A stretch of DNA of 64,000 nucleotides, taken from Oscillospiraceae bacterium (GTDB lineage: Bacteria; Bacillota; Clostridia; Oscillospirales; CAG-382). The translations under genes and the position numbers were made by a program. Under the pieces are notes generated by a model, which had not been told where the DNA came from, did no database searches, and saw only the letters and a program-made list of their open reading frames with translations. Below, in pieces: positions 25,795 to 35,836 of the stretch. Each line of letters begins with the position of its first letter. Position 1 is the stretch's first letter. The stretch is from the NCBI GenBank assembly GCA_015064485.1, contig SVSD01000002.1, forward strand, positions 49,709 to 113,708. Reading direction: 5' to 3'.

Positions 25795-26528
25795 TGAACG
25801 AAAAAATCAAGCTAACCATAACCTACGACGGAACTCAGTTTCACGGATGGCAGGTGCAAAAAGGCAAAAAAACTGTACAAAGCACCCTTCAGGATGCGGT
25901 CGAGCAAGTTGCGGGAAAAAGAAACTCCATAACAGGCTGCAGCCGCACAGACGCAAAAGTTCACGCCAACGAATTTGTCTGCCATACCGACTTTTTAAAT
26001 ATTCCCTGCGAAAAGATCCCGATGGCGATAAACGCCCATCTTCCTGAGGCTGTTGCGGTAAAAAATGCCGAGATCGTTCCCGAGGATTTTCACGCAAGGT
26101 ATTCCTGCCTCGGGAAAGAATATATCTATAAAATCTTTAATTCCCATTACAGAGATCCTTTCCTTGTAAACAGAGCAATGTTTTACCCGAAACCTCTCGA
26201 TGAAAAGGCAATGAACGATGCTCTTTGTGCCGTTGAGGGAAAAAAGGATTTCCGCTCATTTATGGCACAAGGCTCTAAAATCGAAGATACCGTAAGGGAA
26301 ATAAAGTACTGCGATATTTCAAGATGCGGAGATATGCTGACACTTCGAGTTGCAGCAGACGGTTTTCTTTACAATATGGTCCGGATAATTGTCGGAACGG
26401 CAATTATGGCATCCGAAAAAAATCTGACATACGACGATGTCTCCCGTATAATCGCATCATGCGACCGAAAAAATGCAGGTCCTACGGCACCCCCGTCAGG
26501 GCTCTATCTAAACAAGGTTTTTTATTGA
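25794..26528 (+). CDS. truA: tRNA pseudouridine(38-40) synthase
   Basis: 244 aa; catalytic CSRTDAKVHA motif; follows ecfT as in many Firmicutes. Confidence 0.9.
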   Translation: MNEKIKLTITYDGTQFHGWQVQKGKKTVQSTLQDAVEQVAGKRNSITGCSRTDAKVHANEFVCHTDFLNIPCEKIPMAINAHLPEAVAVKNAEIVPEDFHARYSCLGKEYIYKIFNSHYRDPFLVNRAMFYPKPLDEKAMNDALCAVEGKKDFRSFMAQGSKIEDTVREIKYCDISRCGDMLTLRVAADGFLYNMVRIIVGTAIMASEKNLTYDDVSRIIASCDRKNAGPTAPPSGLYLNKVFY

Positions 26529-26557
26529 ACATAAACTATCTGAAAGGAAGGTGTAAA

Positions 26558-27817
26558 ATGCGTTCTTATTATTCAAAGGCATACAAGACAGTGCGTTTTG
26601 CTCGATATATACTTCTTGTTGTTATCGTGCTCTTTATAATATTTTCCATAACATTTTATAAGGACGAAATAACCTTTGACAATTTCAGATATCTGATGAA
26701 ATATGTTGAAATAAGTCCGCCTGCAGTAAGCGAAGATGTTCGCAATATCGGCTTTTCAGCAGTATCGAGCACAGATTTTGCCATGATTAAGCAACAGCTT
26801 ATTGTTGCAAACCCAAAAAATATTACATCCTACGATATGAACGGCAGAAAAATGCTCAATGAGGATATTACCTATAAAAATCCGAAATGTGTCTCAAACG
26901 GTAAATATGTTCTCATATATGACCTTGACGGCTACGGTATTTCGGTGTATAATCATTTTTCGAAGGTTTTCGAAACAAAGCTTTCGACGCCGATAGAATA
27001 TGTATATCTTTCTGATAACGGTGCATTTGCAGTTATCACCCGCGAAAAAAGCTATTCGGGCGGAGTTGTTGCGTTCAACAGCCGTTTTAAAAAGGTTTAC
27101 TCATTTATGACAAGAACGGCAACTGTTACGGATGTTTGCTTTGATGACGAAAAAAATCTCCTGGCGTGTGCAACAACAGATGTAAAAGACGGAGATTTTT
27201 ATTCCGAAATATACACTTTTGACACATCCTCTAAAAAATCAAACTACAAAGCACTTATCACCCTTTCGGGAGAAATGCCCCTTTCGATGTTTTGTGCTGA
27301 CAAAAACTTTGCAATTATGACAGATATGGGCATAAGATTTTACAGCTACTCCGGCGAAGAGAAAAACTCAATCTCCTTTGGCCTTAATACCCCTATATCC
27401 CTTTACCGTTTCAAGGACTTTTTTGCGATAACTCAAAAGACAGCTATAGCTTCCACAAGTACAGAAGTTTCGATTTATGATTACAGCGGAAAAGAGCTCT
27501 TTAATTCGGGTTTCAATTCCGATATATCGCATATAGATTCAAGTTCCGATTCGCTTTATATTCTTTCGGGCAACAAAGTCTTTGCATATAACCGATACGG
27601 CTCGGTTTTTGAAGAATCCGACACAGCATTTACCGAAGTTTCGCAAGAAGGCGGTTTCAGAAAAGTCTTTGCGCTTGATGATAAAAAGTATCTTCTTGTA
27701 ACCTCAGAAGGTGCATATGTTGTATCCCCCGAAATACTTGCGGATGAAAAAAATGAAACCGAAAACAGCGAAAACGATACTGTGTCTGATATAAACAAGG
27801 TGGAATCTGATGAATAA
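26558..27817 (+). CDS. membrane-anchored protein of unknown function (single N-terminal TM, beta-rich ectodomain)
   Basis: Start moved to ATG 26558 (RBS GGAAGGTG); the track ORF from 26324 overlaps truA. Confidence 0.6.
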   Translation: MRSYYSKAYKTVRFARYILLVVIVLFIIFSITFYKDEITFDNFRYLMKYVEISPPAVSEDVRNIGFSAVSSTDFAMIKQQLIVANPKNITSYDMNGRKMLNEDITYKNPKCVSNGKYVLIYDLDGYGISVYNHFSKVFETKLSTPIEYVYLSDNGAFAVITREKSYSGGVVAFNSRFKKVYSFMTRTATVTDVCFDDEKNLLACATTDVKDGDFYSEIYTFDTSSKKSNYKALITLSGEMPLSMFCADKNFAIMTDMGIRFYSYSGEEKNSISFGLNTPISLYRFKDFFAITQKTAIASTSTEVSIYDYSGKELFNSGFNSDISHIDSSSDSLYILSGNKVFAYNRYGSVFEESDTAFTEVSQEGGFRKVFALDDKKYLLVTSEGAYVVSPEILADEKNETENSENDTVSDINKVESDE

Positions 27818-28541
27818 TATTCCTCTTATTATAGACATAATTATTGCCGCAGTAATTCTTATAGGAATAATTTCGGGAACTGCCCGCGGTTTTATAAAGA
27901 CAGTTTTCGGCCTTTTCAGAGGAATAATCGCATGTATTATTTCCTATTTTCTGACTCCCGTTGCCGCAAACTTTATAAAAGAAACCGCTTTTTATTCCGC
28001 TTTTGTCGATAAAACGAAAAACGGAATTTACGAAACGGTAAGAAATTTTCTTGAAAGCGATCCGGACAAGCTTTTAAATCAATCTGCAGAAATAAATGCT
28101 CTGTTTGAGCGTTTCGGAAGCTCTGTTGATTTCATAAAAAATGAATACGAAAGACTTGTTTCTGAAAAAATATCTGATGCTGCGCTTTATCTTACCGAAC
28201 ATATAGTATCTCCCGCCTGCAGTGTGCTTCTTGCCGTATTGACATTTTTGGTGCTGTTTGCTTTCTCACTTCTGCTGTTGTATTTTGTTATGAAGATATT
28301 TGACGGCATCTCAAAACTCCCTGTTTTGAACGGATTTAATAAACTTCTCGGTGCAATTTCCGGCGGAATACTCGGATGTTTCGTTGTTTTCATTATAATA
28401 ACGGTATTTGAGGCTATCCTCCCCTTTGCCGCAGGAGCACAAAATACACTTACAATAAAATCAATTGCAGAGAGTTCGTACCTTTATGCTTTGTTTACCG
28501 CAATAAATCCTTTGGGACTTTTATTTGCGTTAATTGCATAA
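27810..28541 (+). CDS. cvpA: CvpA-family membrane protein
   Basis: 243 aa; N-terminal IIDIIIAAVILIGIISGTARGFIK typical of CvpA; polytopic. Confidence 0.65.
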   Translation: MNNIPLIIDIIIAAVILIGIISGTARGFIKTVFGLFRGIIACIISYFLTPVAANFIKETAFYSAFVDKTKNGIYETVRNFLESDPDKLLNQSAEINALFERFGSSVDFIKNEYERLVSEKISDAALYLTEHIVSPACSVLLAVLTFLVLFAFSLLLLYFVMKIFDGISKLPVLNGFNKLLGAISGGILGCFVVFIIITVFEAILPFAAGAQNTLTIKSIAESSYLYALFTAINPLGLLFALIA

Positions 28542-28563
28542 GATTTGAAAGGATATGATATAA

Positions 28564-29121
28564 TTGAAACTCCAACTTAAAAACATACCTAATCTTTTAT
28601 CTTTTTTAAGAATTGCCCTTGTCCCGTTTTTGATACTGACATTTACTACGGGAAAAACCTTTTTGTGCACAGTGATCTTTGCAATTTCAGGTCTTACCGA
28701 CGCCGTTGACGGATTTATTGCACGAAAATTTCACTGCGAAAGCAATCTTGGAAAAATCCTTGATCCGATTGCCGACAAGCTGACATACGCAACTGCGTTT
28801 TTCTGCCTGTTTTCGGACGGAAAAGTCCCGCCGTATTTTATAATATCTTTTGTTATAATCCAAATCTTTCAAGGGATCGGCGCCTTGCTTTTATATAAAA
28901 AAGCAAGTACCGTTGTAAAATCCAACATCACAGGAAAACTTGCGGGATTCGGTATGTTTATTTTTTGTCTTATAAGCCTTTTCTTTTACGATAAGGTGTC
29001 AAAGCTTTTTATAAATATATCAAGTGCCGTAGTACTTTTTCTAATATTACTTTCAGGCACAAATTATCTAGGTCAGTATATTGTAAAACCAAAGGTTGAT
29101 TCGATCAAAAACAAAAATTAA
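28564..29121 (+). CDS. CDP-alcohol phosphatidyltransferase (PgsA-like)
   Basis: Motif DAVDGFIARK...G...DPIADK; TTG start. Confidence 0.8.
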   Translation: MKLQLKNIPNLLSFLRIALVPFLILTFTTGKTFLCTVIFAISGLTDAVDGFIARKFHCESNLGKILDPIADKLTYATAFFCLFSDGKVPPYFIISFVIIQIFQGIGALLLYKKASTVVKSNITGKLAGFGMFIFCLISLFFYDKVSKLFINISSAVVLFLILLSGTNYLGQYIVKPKVDSIKNKN

Positions 29122-29147
29122 TTTTCTACCCATTCGGAGGTAATAAA

Positions 29148-31457
29148 GTGATAAAATACTGTACTCGCTGTAAAAAAAGAATAGCGGTTGTTTTTGTGCA
29201 AAAGCTCGATAACACAGGCAAAAATGAAACCGAAGCCTTTTGCCTCAAATGTGCAAAAGAGCTTGGCATAAACACCGATCAGATAAATGAAATGATGAGC
29301 AAAATGGGAATTGACGAAGAACAGTTCGAACAGCTCTCTCAATTTCCCGAGCTTGACGATGCGGATTTTGACGAAGATGACGATGATGACGATGAAACAA
29401 GCGAAGGAAGAGCTCCGTCAATAGATTTTGGTTCATTCTTCGGAAAAAAAGAGGAAAAAAACTCTTCCGACGAAAGCAATGATAAAAAGGAAAAAAAGAA
29501 AAAGAAGGATAAAAAGAAAAAGAACCTTGAAAACTTCTGCATAAACCTTACAGAAAGAGCAAGAGAAGGAAAACTCGATAAAGTTATCGGAAGAGACAGA
29601 GAGCTTGACAGAGTTCTGCAGATCCTCACACGCCGCCAGAAAAACAACCCTTGCCTGATCGGCGAACCCGGTGTCGGTAAAACCGCAGTGGCAGAGGCTC
29701 TTGCCATAAAAATCGCAAAGGGCGAAGTACCCCACAAGATAAAAAAATGCGAGGTTTATCTTCTCGATATGACCCTTGTTGTGGCAGGTACACAGTTCAG
29801 AGGTCAGTTTGAAAACCGTATGAAGGACATTATCGCCGAAGTGAGGGAAAACGGCAACATAATACTCGTAATCGACGAGGTACATTCTATCGTTTCTGCA
29901 GGCGATGCAGAGGGCGGTATGAACGCGGCAAACATCCTGAAACCAGCCCTGTCCCGAGGAGAAATACAGGTTATCGGTGCAACAACCCTTGCCGAATACA
30001 GAAAATATATCGAAAAGGACGCGGCCCTTGAGCGCCGTTTCCAGCCGATAGTTATAAACGAACCCTCTATAGCTGATACAATTACAATCCTAAAGGGAAT
30101 TAAAGACACATACGAAAAGCACCACGGAATAATAATTCCCGACGAAACCGTTGAAAAAACCGTCATATATTCCGAACGCTATATAACCGACAGATATCTT
30201 CCCGACAAAGCAATAGACCTTCTTGACGAAGCCGCATCCTTTGTTGCACTTCGCGATGAAAATATAAACCTTGCCGCAGAAGTAAAAGATGAGCTTTATA
30301 ATGTAACCCATCAAAGACAGGAGCTTGAAAATGAGCCTGTTGATGTGACATCCGACGGCGGAGATCTTGACAGATATCAGCGCCTTGCAGATCTCAAGGT
30401 CAAGGAAATCCAGCTCACAGAACGCTGCGAAAAGGTTATGAAGCTTTGTGAAAATATAACGGTGACTCCGGAACATCTTGCAAAAGTTATTGAAATATGG
30501 ACGGGTATCCCCGCAGGTAACATCACCGAAAACGAGTTTGTCCGCATAGATAAACTTTCGGAAAGACTCAAATCAAGAATTATCGGTCAGGACGAGGCGG
30601 TTGATAAGGTTGCAAAGGCAATTAAGCGCTCAAGAGCAGGAATCTCCGCAAAAAGAAAACCCGTTTCCTTTATCTTCGCAGGACCTACAGGTATCGGAAA
30701 AACCGAGCTTGTAAAAACTCTTGCAAACGACCTTTTTGATTCTCCTGAAGCGCTCATACGCCTTGATATGTCGGAATTTATGGAAAAACACGCCGTATCA
30801 AGAATAATAGGCGCCCCTCCCGGATATGTCGGATACGACGAGGCAGGACAGCTGACAGAAAAAATACGCAGAAGACCCTACAGCGTTGTTCTTTTTGACG
30901 AAATAGAAAAAGCTCACCCCGATGTTATGAATATCCTTCTGCAAATTCTCGACGACGGCAGAATAACCGATGCTCACGGGAAACAGGTAAGCTTTGAAAA
31001 TACTGTAATCGTTATGACAACAAATGCAGGCTCCTCTCAGGGAATGAATTCCGCAGGTTTTGCCGGAAAAGGCGACGGAACAAATATAAGCCGCGACCGC
31101 ATAATGAATGCTCTTTATGCATTTTTGCGCCCCGAATTTGTAAACCGTATCGATGAAATAATTGTATTCAACCAGCTTACAAAAGAAGACTTTGAAAAAA
31201 TTGCAAAAATTATGCTTTCCGACCTTATAAATGCAGTATCCGAAAAGGGTATTACCCTTTCGTACACTCCCGAGCTTTTGCCGCTCCTTGCGGAAAAATC
31301 TTACAGCTTGAAATTCGGTGCAAGAAATTTAAGAAGGTTTATACAGTCGGAGATCGAAGACAAAGCAGCTGAACTTATCATTTCAAATTACACACAAAAA
31401 ATCAAAAACATTATTGTTTCAACCGAAAACGGTGAAATAAAAGTGGAAAAAGCATAA
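29148..31457 (+). CDS. two-domain Clp/Hsp100 AAA+ ATPase with atypical N-terminus (zinc ribbon plus D/E- and K-rich linker)
   Basis: Walker [10 protein letters not shown] and GPTGIGKTE; N-terminal CTRC...x21...CLKC; [14 protein letters not shown] then [13 protein letters not shown]; GTG start after GGAGG. Confidence 0.85.
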   Translation: MIKYCTRCKKRIAVVFVQKLDNTGKNETEAFCLKCAKELGINTDQINEMMSKMGIDEEQFEQLSQFPELDDADFDEDDDDDDETSEGRAPSIDFGSFFGKKEEKNSSDESNDKKEKKKKKDKKKKNLENFCINLTERAREGKLDKVIGRDRELDRVLQILTRRQKNNPCLIGEPGVGKTAVAEALAIKIAKGEVPHKIKKCEVYLLDMTLVVAGTQFRGQFENRMKDIIAEVRENGNIILVIDEVHSIVSAGDAEGGMNAANILKPALSRGEIQVIGATTLAEYRKYIEKDAALERRFQPIVINEPSIADTITILKGIKDTYEKHHGIIIPDETVEKTVIYSERYITDRYLPDKAIDLLDEAASFVALRDENINLAAEVKDELYNVTHQRQELENEPVDVTSDGGDLDRYQRLADLKVKEIQLTERCEKVMKLCENITVTPEHLAKVIEIWTGIPAGNITENEFVRIDKLSERLKSRIIGQDEAVDKVAKAIKRSRAGISAKRKPVSFIFAGPTGIGKTELVKTLANDLFDSPEALIRLDMSEFMEKHAVSRIIGAPPGYVGYDEAGQLTEKIRRRPYSVVLFDEIEKAHPDVMNILLQILDDGRITDAHGKQVSFENTVIVMTTNAGSSQGMNSAGFAGKGDGTNISRDRIMNALYAFLRPEFVNRIDEIIVFNQLTKEDFEKIAKIMLSDLINAVSEKGITLSYTPELLPLLAEKSYSLKFGARNLRRFIQSEIEDKAAELIISNYTQKIKNIIVSTENGEIKVEKA

Positions 31458-31485
31458 ATCATAACAAAAAGCTGTTTTCCCTTCT

Positions 31486-31838
31486 CCATTACCGAACCAG
31501 GCGATCGTGCGACTGCAGGCGAAAGCAGCAGCGTAAGGAAAGTCCGGGCTTCGCAGAGCAGGATAACGGATAACGTCCGCCGAGGGTAACCTTAGGGAAA
31601 GTGCAACAGAAAATTACCGCCCGTCAACGGGTAAGGATGAAAAGGCGAGGTAAGAGCTCACCGACATGATGGAGACACCGTGTGCCGTGTAAACCCTATC
31701 CGAAGCAACACCTTGCGGGAGAGCATTTAGCTATGCTTGCTCGGCAGAAATCCCCATGGTGGCAAAGAGCTTTGCAGCAATGTAAAGACAAGATAGATGA
31801 CCGCCCACGACAGAACCCGGCTTACGGTTCGGTAATGC
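31486..31838 (+). ncRNA. rnpB: RNase P RNA
   Basis: Conserved GGAAAGTCCGGGC, ACAGAAAATTACCGCC, GTAAGAGCTCACC, AGATAGATGACCGCC, ACAGAACCCGGCTTA. P1 pairing ATTACCGAACC / GGTTCGGTAAT. Confidence 0.9.
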
Positions 31839-31859
31839 AGAAAGGAAAACAGCAAAATA

Positions 31860-31890
31860 AAAAATCCACCCAAAAGGGTGGATTTTTTGT
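31860..31890 (+). terminator. rho-independent terminator after rnpB
   Basis: AAAAATCCACCC aaaa GGGTGGATTTTT followed by a T-run. Confidence 0.8.
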
Positions 31891-31899
31891 TGAAGAATA

Positions 31900-31930
31900 A
31901 AAACAGTGCATACCGAAGTACACACTGTTT
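31900..31930 (-). terminator. terminator of the ferredoxin gene
   Basis: AACAGTG...CACTGTT stem followed on the minus strand by TTTTATT. Confidence 0.6.
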
Positions 31931-31954
31931 ATGTAAATAAACTCTTATCTGAAA

Positions 31955-32125
31955 TTATTCAGCCTTAGGAGCCTCAACGGGGCAAACACCTGCGCAAGTA
32001 CCGCAGTCGATGCACTCGTCCTTATTGATAACATACTTGCCGTCGCCTTCCTTAATAGCGCTGGTAGGGCATTCATCTGCACAAGCGCCGCAAGCGATGC
32101 AATCGTCGGAAATAACGTATGCCAT
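31955..32125 (-). CDS. 2x[4Fe-4S] ferredoxin
   Basis: 56 aa from MAYVISDD (RBS GGAGGTG); CIACGACADECP and CIDCGTCAGVCP clusters. Confidence 0.9.
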   Translation of the reverse strand: MAYVISDDCIACGACADECPTSAIKEGDGKYVINKDECIDCGTCAGVCPVEAPKAE

Positions 32126-32289
32126 TGATATTACACCTCCGATTCGTAAATAAATTTTAATAATATGACCTCTGTCATAGCTGTGATTATTATAACACAG
32201 CATTTTGGAAAATACAATACATTTTGCGTACTAATTCGAAAAAATATTGATTTTTGCATATAAGTCAGTACTTTTTTGTATTAGTATCA

Positions 32290-33843
32290 TCAAAATATCC
32301 TATAAAAAATGTGTTTTTCGTTTTTTTCCGGTTTATATTCTTTTATAAAAACCGACTTTTTCTTATTTTTTACAAAATATTTTACTGCATCCTTAAGTTC
32401 TTCCCGGCCGTAAAAAGCACCGATGCAAAAAAGCAAAGGCAAAACAGTACAGATAAGAGCTTTAAACGAAAAGCTGACCGTATACCGGCATATAACAAAA
32501 GCGCATATGCAAGAGATCGCTGCTGTCGCAAAATACTTAACCATAAGCAAATAATACGGAATTACACTTTTTGAGAAACCGTATTTATATAAAATGTATG
32601 GTTCATACCATATGCAAACTATAAACGCAGCAAGACCTTGCCCGAGATACACACCCGAAAGACCCAGCATTTTACCGAAAAACACAGAAAGAAAAAGCGA
32701 CATCGAAAGCTCTGCAAAAGGCTTGATTTTCTCCTTTCGGTATAGACCGAATCCTTCTCTGAATACAGAAACGCTTCTTTTAAGCCCCATAATGAAAAAA
32801 TTAAAGGCAAGAATAAATGAAAAATTCCCGTTCACAGCATTTGTTTTGTCAAGCCATAAGGTTACAATATCTCCTGACATCACAAAAAGAATACAAGTAC
32901 AAATACAAACAGGAAAAAACGAACAAATACTGGTCATACGAAAAATCCGCTCGGAGTTTTCAAAAGATTCGGACGCCCCGATATTTCCAACCGTTGCCGC
33001 AACCGAGCCTGTAAGTACCACAGACAGCATCGAAGCATATCCGAGTATCATATTATAATTCGAATATATCCCGTTTGTTGCAACTCCGAAAAGATAGACT
33101 ACCAAAAAATTGTCGGCAGTCCTTAAAAGAGTGCCTGCAATATTTGAAGGCTGAATATAGATCATTTCCTTGAAAAGCTTTTTTTGAACATTCTTATCCT
33201 TCACCCCGAAAAACCTGATTTCGGGATATTTTATCCTTGTATACCAAACAATTGCAATATCCTCAATAAGACAAAGAGCTGTACTTATAAGAAGATACAA
33301 TATATAATTCTTTGTACAAATAAGAACTATGCTTTCAACAACCACTCCTATTCCGCCGAAAACATACGAAAAAGTCTGTGTTATATAATTTTTCTGATCA
33401 GAAAACAAAAGAATTTTTTCCGCACTGAAAATACTGCCTATAAATCCTGATGCAAGAAAAATAATAAAAGCAGTAACGCTTTGCAAATTATCAGATGTGC
33501 TTTTTATGTACGGCAAAAGAAATAATCCGACAACAAAAGTAAGGGAAGAAGAAAAAATGCATAATTTTCTGTAAAAAGAAAGATACGCCGAAATTTTAAG
33601 AGTATCATTTTTCGCAAGAGGAGCATAAAGACTGAAGCAAAGAGCCGATCCTGCTCCAAAGTCAAGAAGCGATAAAACAGCTGTCATATTCCCCATCAAG
33701 CTTCCAAGACCCACAAGCTCACAACCGAGAGTCATAACAAAGATCTTTCTTGAAACAAAGCTGTAAAGAATATTTATAAATATTCCGACGATCGCCGAAA
33801 AAAGATTTCGCTTAACAGCATATACCCTTCCGACCTTTTGCAT
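32290..33843 (-). CDS. polysaccharide/oligosaccharide flippase family membrane protein (Wzx/MOP-like)
   Basis: 517 aa, about 12-14 hydrophobic helices, pattern typical of the MOP superfamily. Confidence 0.65.
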   Translation of the reverse strand: MQKVGRVYAVKRNLFSAIVGIFINILYSFVSRKIFVMTLGCELVGLGSLMGNMTAVLSLLDFGAGSALCFSLYAPLAKNDTLKISAYLSFYRKLCIFSSSLTFVVGLFLLPYIKSTSDNLQSVTAFIIFLASGFIGSIFSAEKILLFSDQKNYITQTFSYVFGGIGVVVESIVLICTKNYILYLLISTALCLIEDIAIVWYTRIKYPEIRFFGVKDKNVQKKLFKEMIYIQPSNIAGTLLRTADNFLVVYLFGVATNGIYSNYNMILGYASMLSVVLTGSVAATVGNIGASESFENSERIFRMTSICSFFPVCICTCILFVMSGDIVTLWLDKTNAVNGNFSFILAFNFFIMGLKRSVSVFREGFGLYRKEKIKPFAELSMSLFLSVFFGKMLGLSGVYLGQGLAAFIVCIWYEPYILYKYGFSKSVIPYYLLMVKYFATAAISCICAFVICRYTVSFSFKALICTVLPLLFCIGAFYGREELKDAVKYFVKNKKKSVFIKEYKPEKNEKHIFYRIF

Positions 33844-33920
33844 ACATTTCCCTCCTTTTGTTTTTTACAATTCTATTTTTAAAAACATCAAAATATGACA
33901 AGCATATTTTTATAAATCTA

Positions 33921-33949
33921 TTGCTTTTCGTGCTGAAATATGGTATAAT
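33921..33949 (+). promoter_or_regulatory. sigma-A promoter giving a ~200-nt leader for the CNNM/CorC gene
   Basis: TTGCTT (33921-33926), 17 nt, TGgTATAAT (33944-33949). Confidence 0.55.
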
Positions 33950-34158
33950 AACTTTGATTATATTTATATTTATAAGTGTAATTTTTTATTTTACAGAAGG
34001 AGTTGATATCTGTGGATCCCCTGCCGCGAAGTATTGTCGTGTGCCAAGAGGTGAAATGTCATCAGACATTCCCGTCAGTTTTTAAATTGTTTAATATGTG
34101 CTGTTGTTGATACCTATAACAGCAAATCGTTTTTACACAAATTTATTCTGGAGGAAAT

Positions 34159-35496
34159 ATGTCTGATATAGTTCAACCGTTAATATTGCAATTAATTCTT
34201 ATATTGATCAATGCATTCTTTGCCGCAACCGAGATTGCGCTTATTTCTCTTAATGAAAAGAAAGTTAAAGCAAAAGCTGAGGACGGCGACAAAAAATCAT
34301 TAAAAATGTTAAAAATAATCGAAGAGCCGACCGGTTTTCTTTCCACAATCCAAGTTGGAATAACCCTTGCCGGATTTTTGGGTTCTGCTTTTGCTGCGGA
34401 TAATTTTGCAGATGATCTTGCAAGTTTCGCCATACAGAAATTTTCATTTCTTTCGGGATATGAAGCTGCTGTAGATACTGCATCCGTCATCATAATTACC
34501 CTTGTGCTTTCGTATTTTACCCTTGTACTGGGTGAGCTTGTTCCCAAGCGCATAGCTATGCGTCACAAGGAAAAACTTGCAAACGCAGTATGCGGTATAA
34601 TTTCTTTTCTTGCGGCAGTGCTCAAGCCTATCGTATGGCTGCTCACAATCTCCACAAACGCTTGCCTTCGCATTTGTGGCATAGATCCCGACGAAAAGGA
34701 CGAAAGCGTTTCTCAGGACGATATCGAGCTTATGCTTGATGTAGGCGCAGATGAAGGAACTCTCGACCAGGATGACATCGAATACATAAAAAATGTGTTC
34801 AAGCTCAATGATCTTACGGCGGCGGATGTTATGACGCCCAGAAAGGCAATTGTTAATATCTCGTCCGAAGCTTCGATAGAAGAAGTTCTTCATACCATCG
34901 AAACCGAGGGCTATTCGAGAATTCCCGTATATTCGGATTCAAAGGACGAAATAGAAGGAATTCTTTATGTAAAGGATTTTCTTCTCAAATACGATACGCC
35001 CGGTTTTAAACTCGAAGATGCAATGTTCGCTCCTTCTTATGTTCCGGAAACGATTCATCTTGATCTGCTTCTCAAGGAGATGCAGGAAAACCACAATCAT
35101 ATCGTAGTTGTTGTTAATGAATACGGAGTATCGTCCGGTATTGTTACAATCGAAGATATCCTTGAGGAAATAGTCGGAGAAATATGGGACGAAGGCGATG
35201 AAGAATTTGATAATATCAAAAAAGTGGATGAGGGCGTATATCAGGTTACCTGTACAACCTCAATCGAAGAGTTTTTGACATTCTTCCAGCTTGAAGCCCC
35301 CGAGGATTCCGAATCGACGACCGTAAACGGCTGGATCATCGAAAACTGCGGAAACATCCCTCAAGTCGGTTACAGCTTTGAATACGAGAACATAGAAATA
35401 ACCGTTACTCAGGCGGACGATATTATGGCTCATATGATAACAGCAGTCGTCAAAGAACAGCCCGACTCCGAAGATGATGAGGAGAAAAAAGATTGA
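34159..35496 (+). CDS. CNNM/CorC-type hemolysin-family protein (DUF21 membrane domain, CBS pair, CorC_HlyC)
   Basis: 445 aa; N-terminal 4-helix membrane domain, CBS-pair region, C-terminal transporter-associated domain; acidic tail. Confidence 0.8.
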   Translation: MSDIVQPLILQLILILINAFFAATEIALISLNEKKVKAKAEDGDKKSLKMLKIIEEPTGFLSTIQVGITLAGFLGSAFAADNFADDLASFAIQKFSFLSGYEAAVDTASVIIITLVLSYFTLVLGELVPKRIAMRHKEKLANAVCGIISFLAAVLKPIVWLLTISTNACLRICGIDPDEKDESVSQDDIELMLDVGADEGTLDQDDIEYIKNVFKLNDLTAADVMTPRKAIVNISSEASIEEVLHTIETEGYSRIPVYSDSKDEIEGILYVKDFLLKYDTPGFKLEDAMFAPSYVPETIHLDLLLKEMQENHNHIVVVVNEYGVSSGIVTIEDILEEIVGEIWDEGDEEFDNIKKVDEGVYQVTCTTSIEEFLTFFQLEAPEDSESTTVNGWIIENCGNIPQVGYSFEYENIEITVTQADDIMAHMITAVVKEQPDSEDDEEKKD

Positions 35497-35500
35497 TTTT

Positions 35501-35535
35501 AACCCCCCGATTAAAATCGGGGGTTAATTTTTTTG
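35501..35535 (+). terminator. rho-independent terminator
   Basis: AACCCCCCGA ttaaaa TCGGGGGTT followed by a T-run. Confidence 0.8.
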
Positions 35536-35570
35536 CAAGATCGTATCTGAATATTATCTGATTTTCAGTA

Positions 35571-35599
35571 TTGACAAAAACCTCCTTGCGTGTTATAAT
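35571..35599 (+). promoter_or_regulatory. sigma-A promoter of tRNA-Glu
   Basis: TTGACA, 17 nt, TGtTATAAT. Confidence 0.7.
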
Positions 35600-35616
35600 A
35601 CTATCGTTGTAAGTAC

Positions 35617-35691
35617 GGCCCGTTGGTCAAGCGGCTAAGACGCCGCCCTCTCAAGGCGGAAACATGGGTTCGATTCCCGTACGGGTCACCA
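35617..35691 (+). tRNA. tRNA-Glu (anticodon CUC)
   Basis: Cloverleaf folded by hand: acceptor GGCCCGT/ACGGGTC, anticodon arm CCGCC-CTCTCAA-GGCGG, T-arm GGGTTCGATTCCC, encoded CCA. Confidence 0.85.
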
Positions 35692-35699
35692 AAAAAAGA

Positions 35700-35727
35700 A
35701 GTACACTTTTGTGTGCTTTTTTTTTTA
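35700..35727 (+). terminator. terminator after tRNA-Glu
   Basis: AGTACAC tttt GTGTGCT followed by T10. Confidence 0.75.
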
Positions 35728-35732
35728 TTTCT

Positions 35733-35836
35733 TCAGAGCGGGAATCGAACCCGAGAGGGCTTTTTGCGTAAAAGGGCGAAACCTTTTAACGAGTGATCAG
35801 TATGCGCAAAAGATGCGATTCCCGCACGGGTCACAA
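35733..35836. other. tRNA-derived fragments: inverted T-arm fragment and a direct copy of the tRNA-Glu 3' end
   Basis: TTCAGAGCGGGAATCGAACCCG (reverse complement of a T-arm plus acceptor 3' half). CGATTCCCGCACGGGTCAC at ~35815-35833 matches the tRNA-Glu 3' end at 18 of 19 positions. Confidence 0.6.

Noticed and set aside
26324-26557. N-terminal extension of the 26324-27817 ORF
   Set aside because: The extension overlaps truA in another frame. A good RBS (GGAAGGTG) and ATG at 26558 precede the transmembrane anchor.
29339-29885. Minus-strand ORFs of 132 and 150 aa
   Set aside because: They are antisense to the Clp ATPase gene, across its low-complexity D/E/K-coding region. The repetitive S/F/L translation is an artefact.
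31682-31925. Two ORFs (72 aa on the plus strand, 64 aa on the minus strand)
   Set aside because: They lie inside or over the RNase P RNA gene and its terminator, and have no coding signal.
33950-34158. M-box or yybP-ykoY riboswitch upstream of the CNNM gene
   Set aside because: I could not find the conserved M-box or Mn-riboswitch core sequences by eye. It is kept only as an unclassified structured leader.
35733-35810. Possible complete tRNA gene on the minus strand
   Set aside because: Only a T-arm and an acceptor 3' half can be found. I could not fold a 5' acceptor strand, D-arm or anticodon arm, so I treat it as a fragment.
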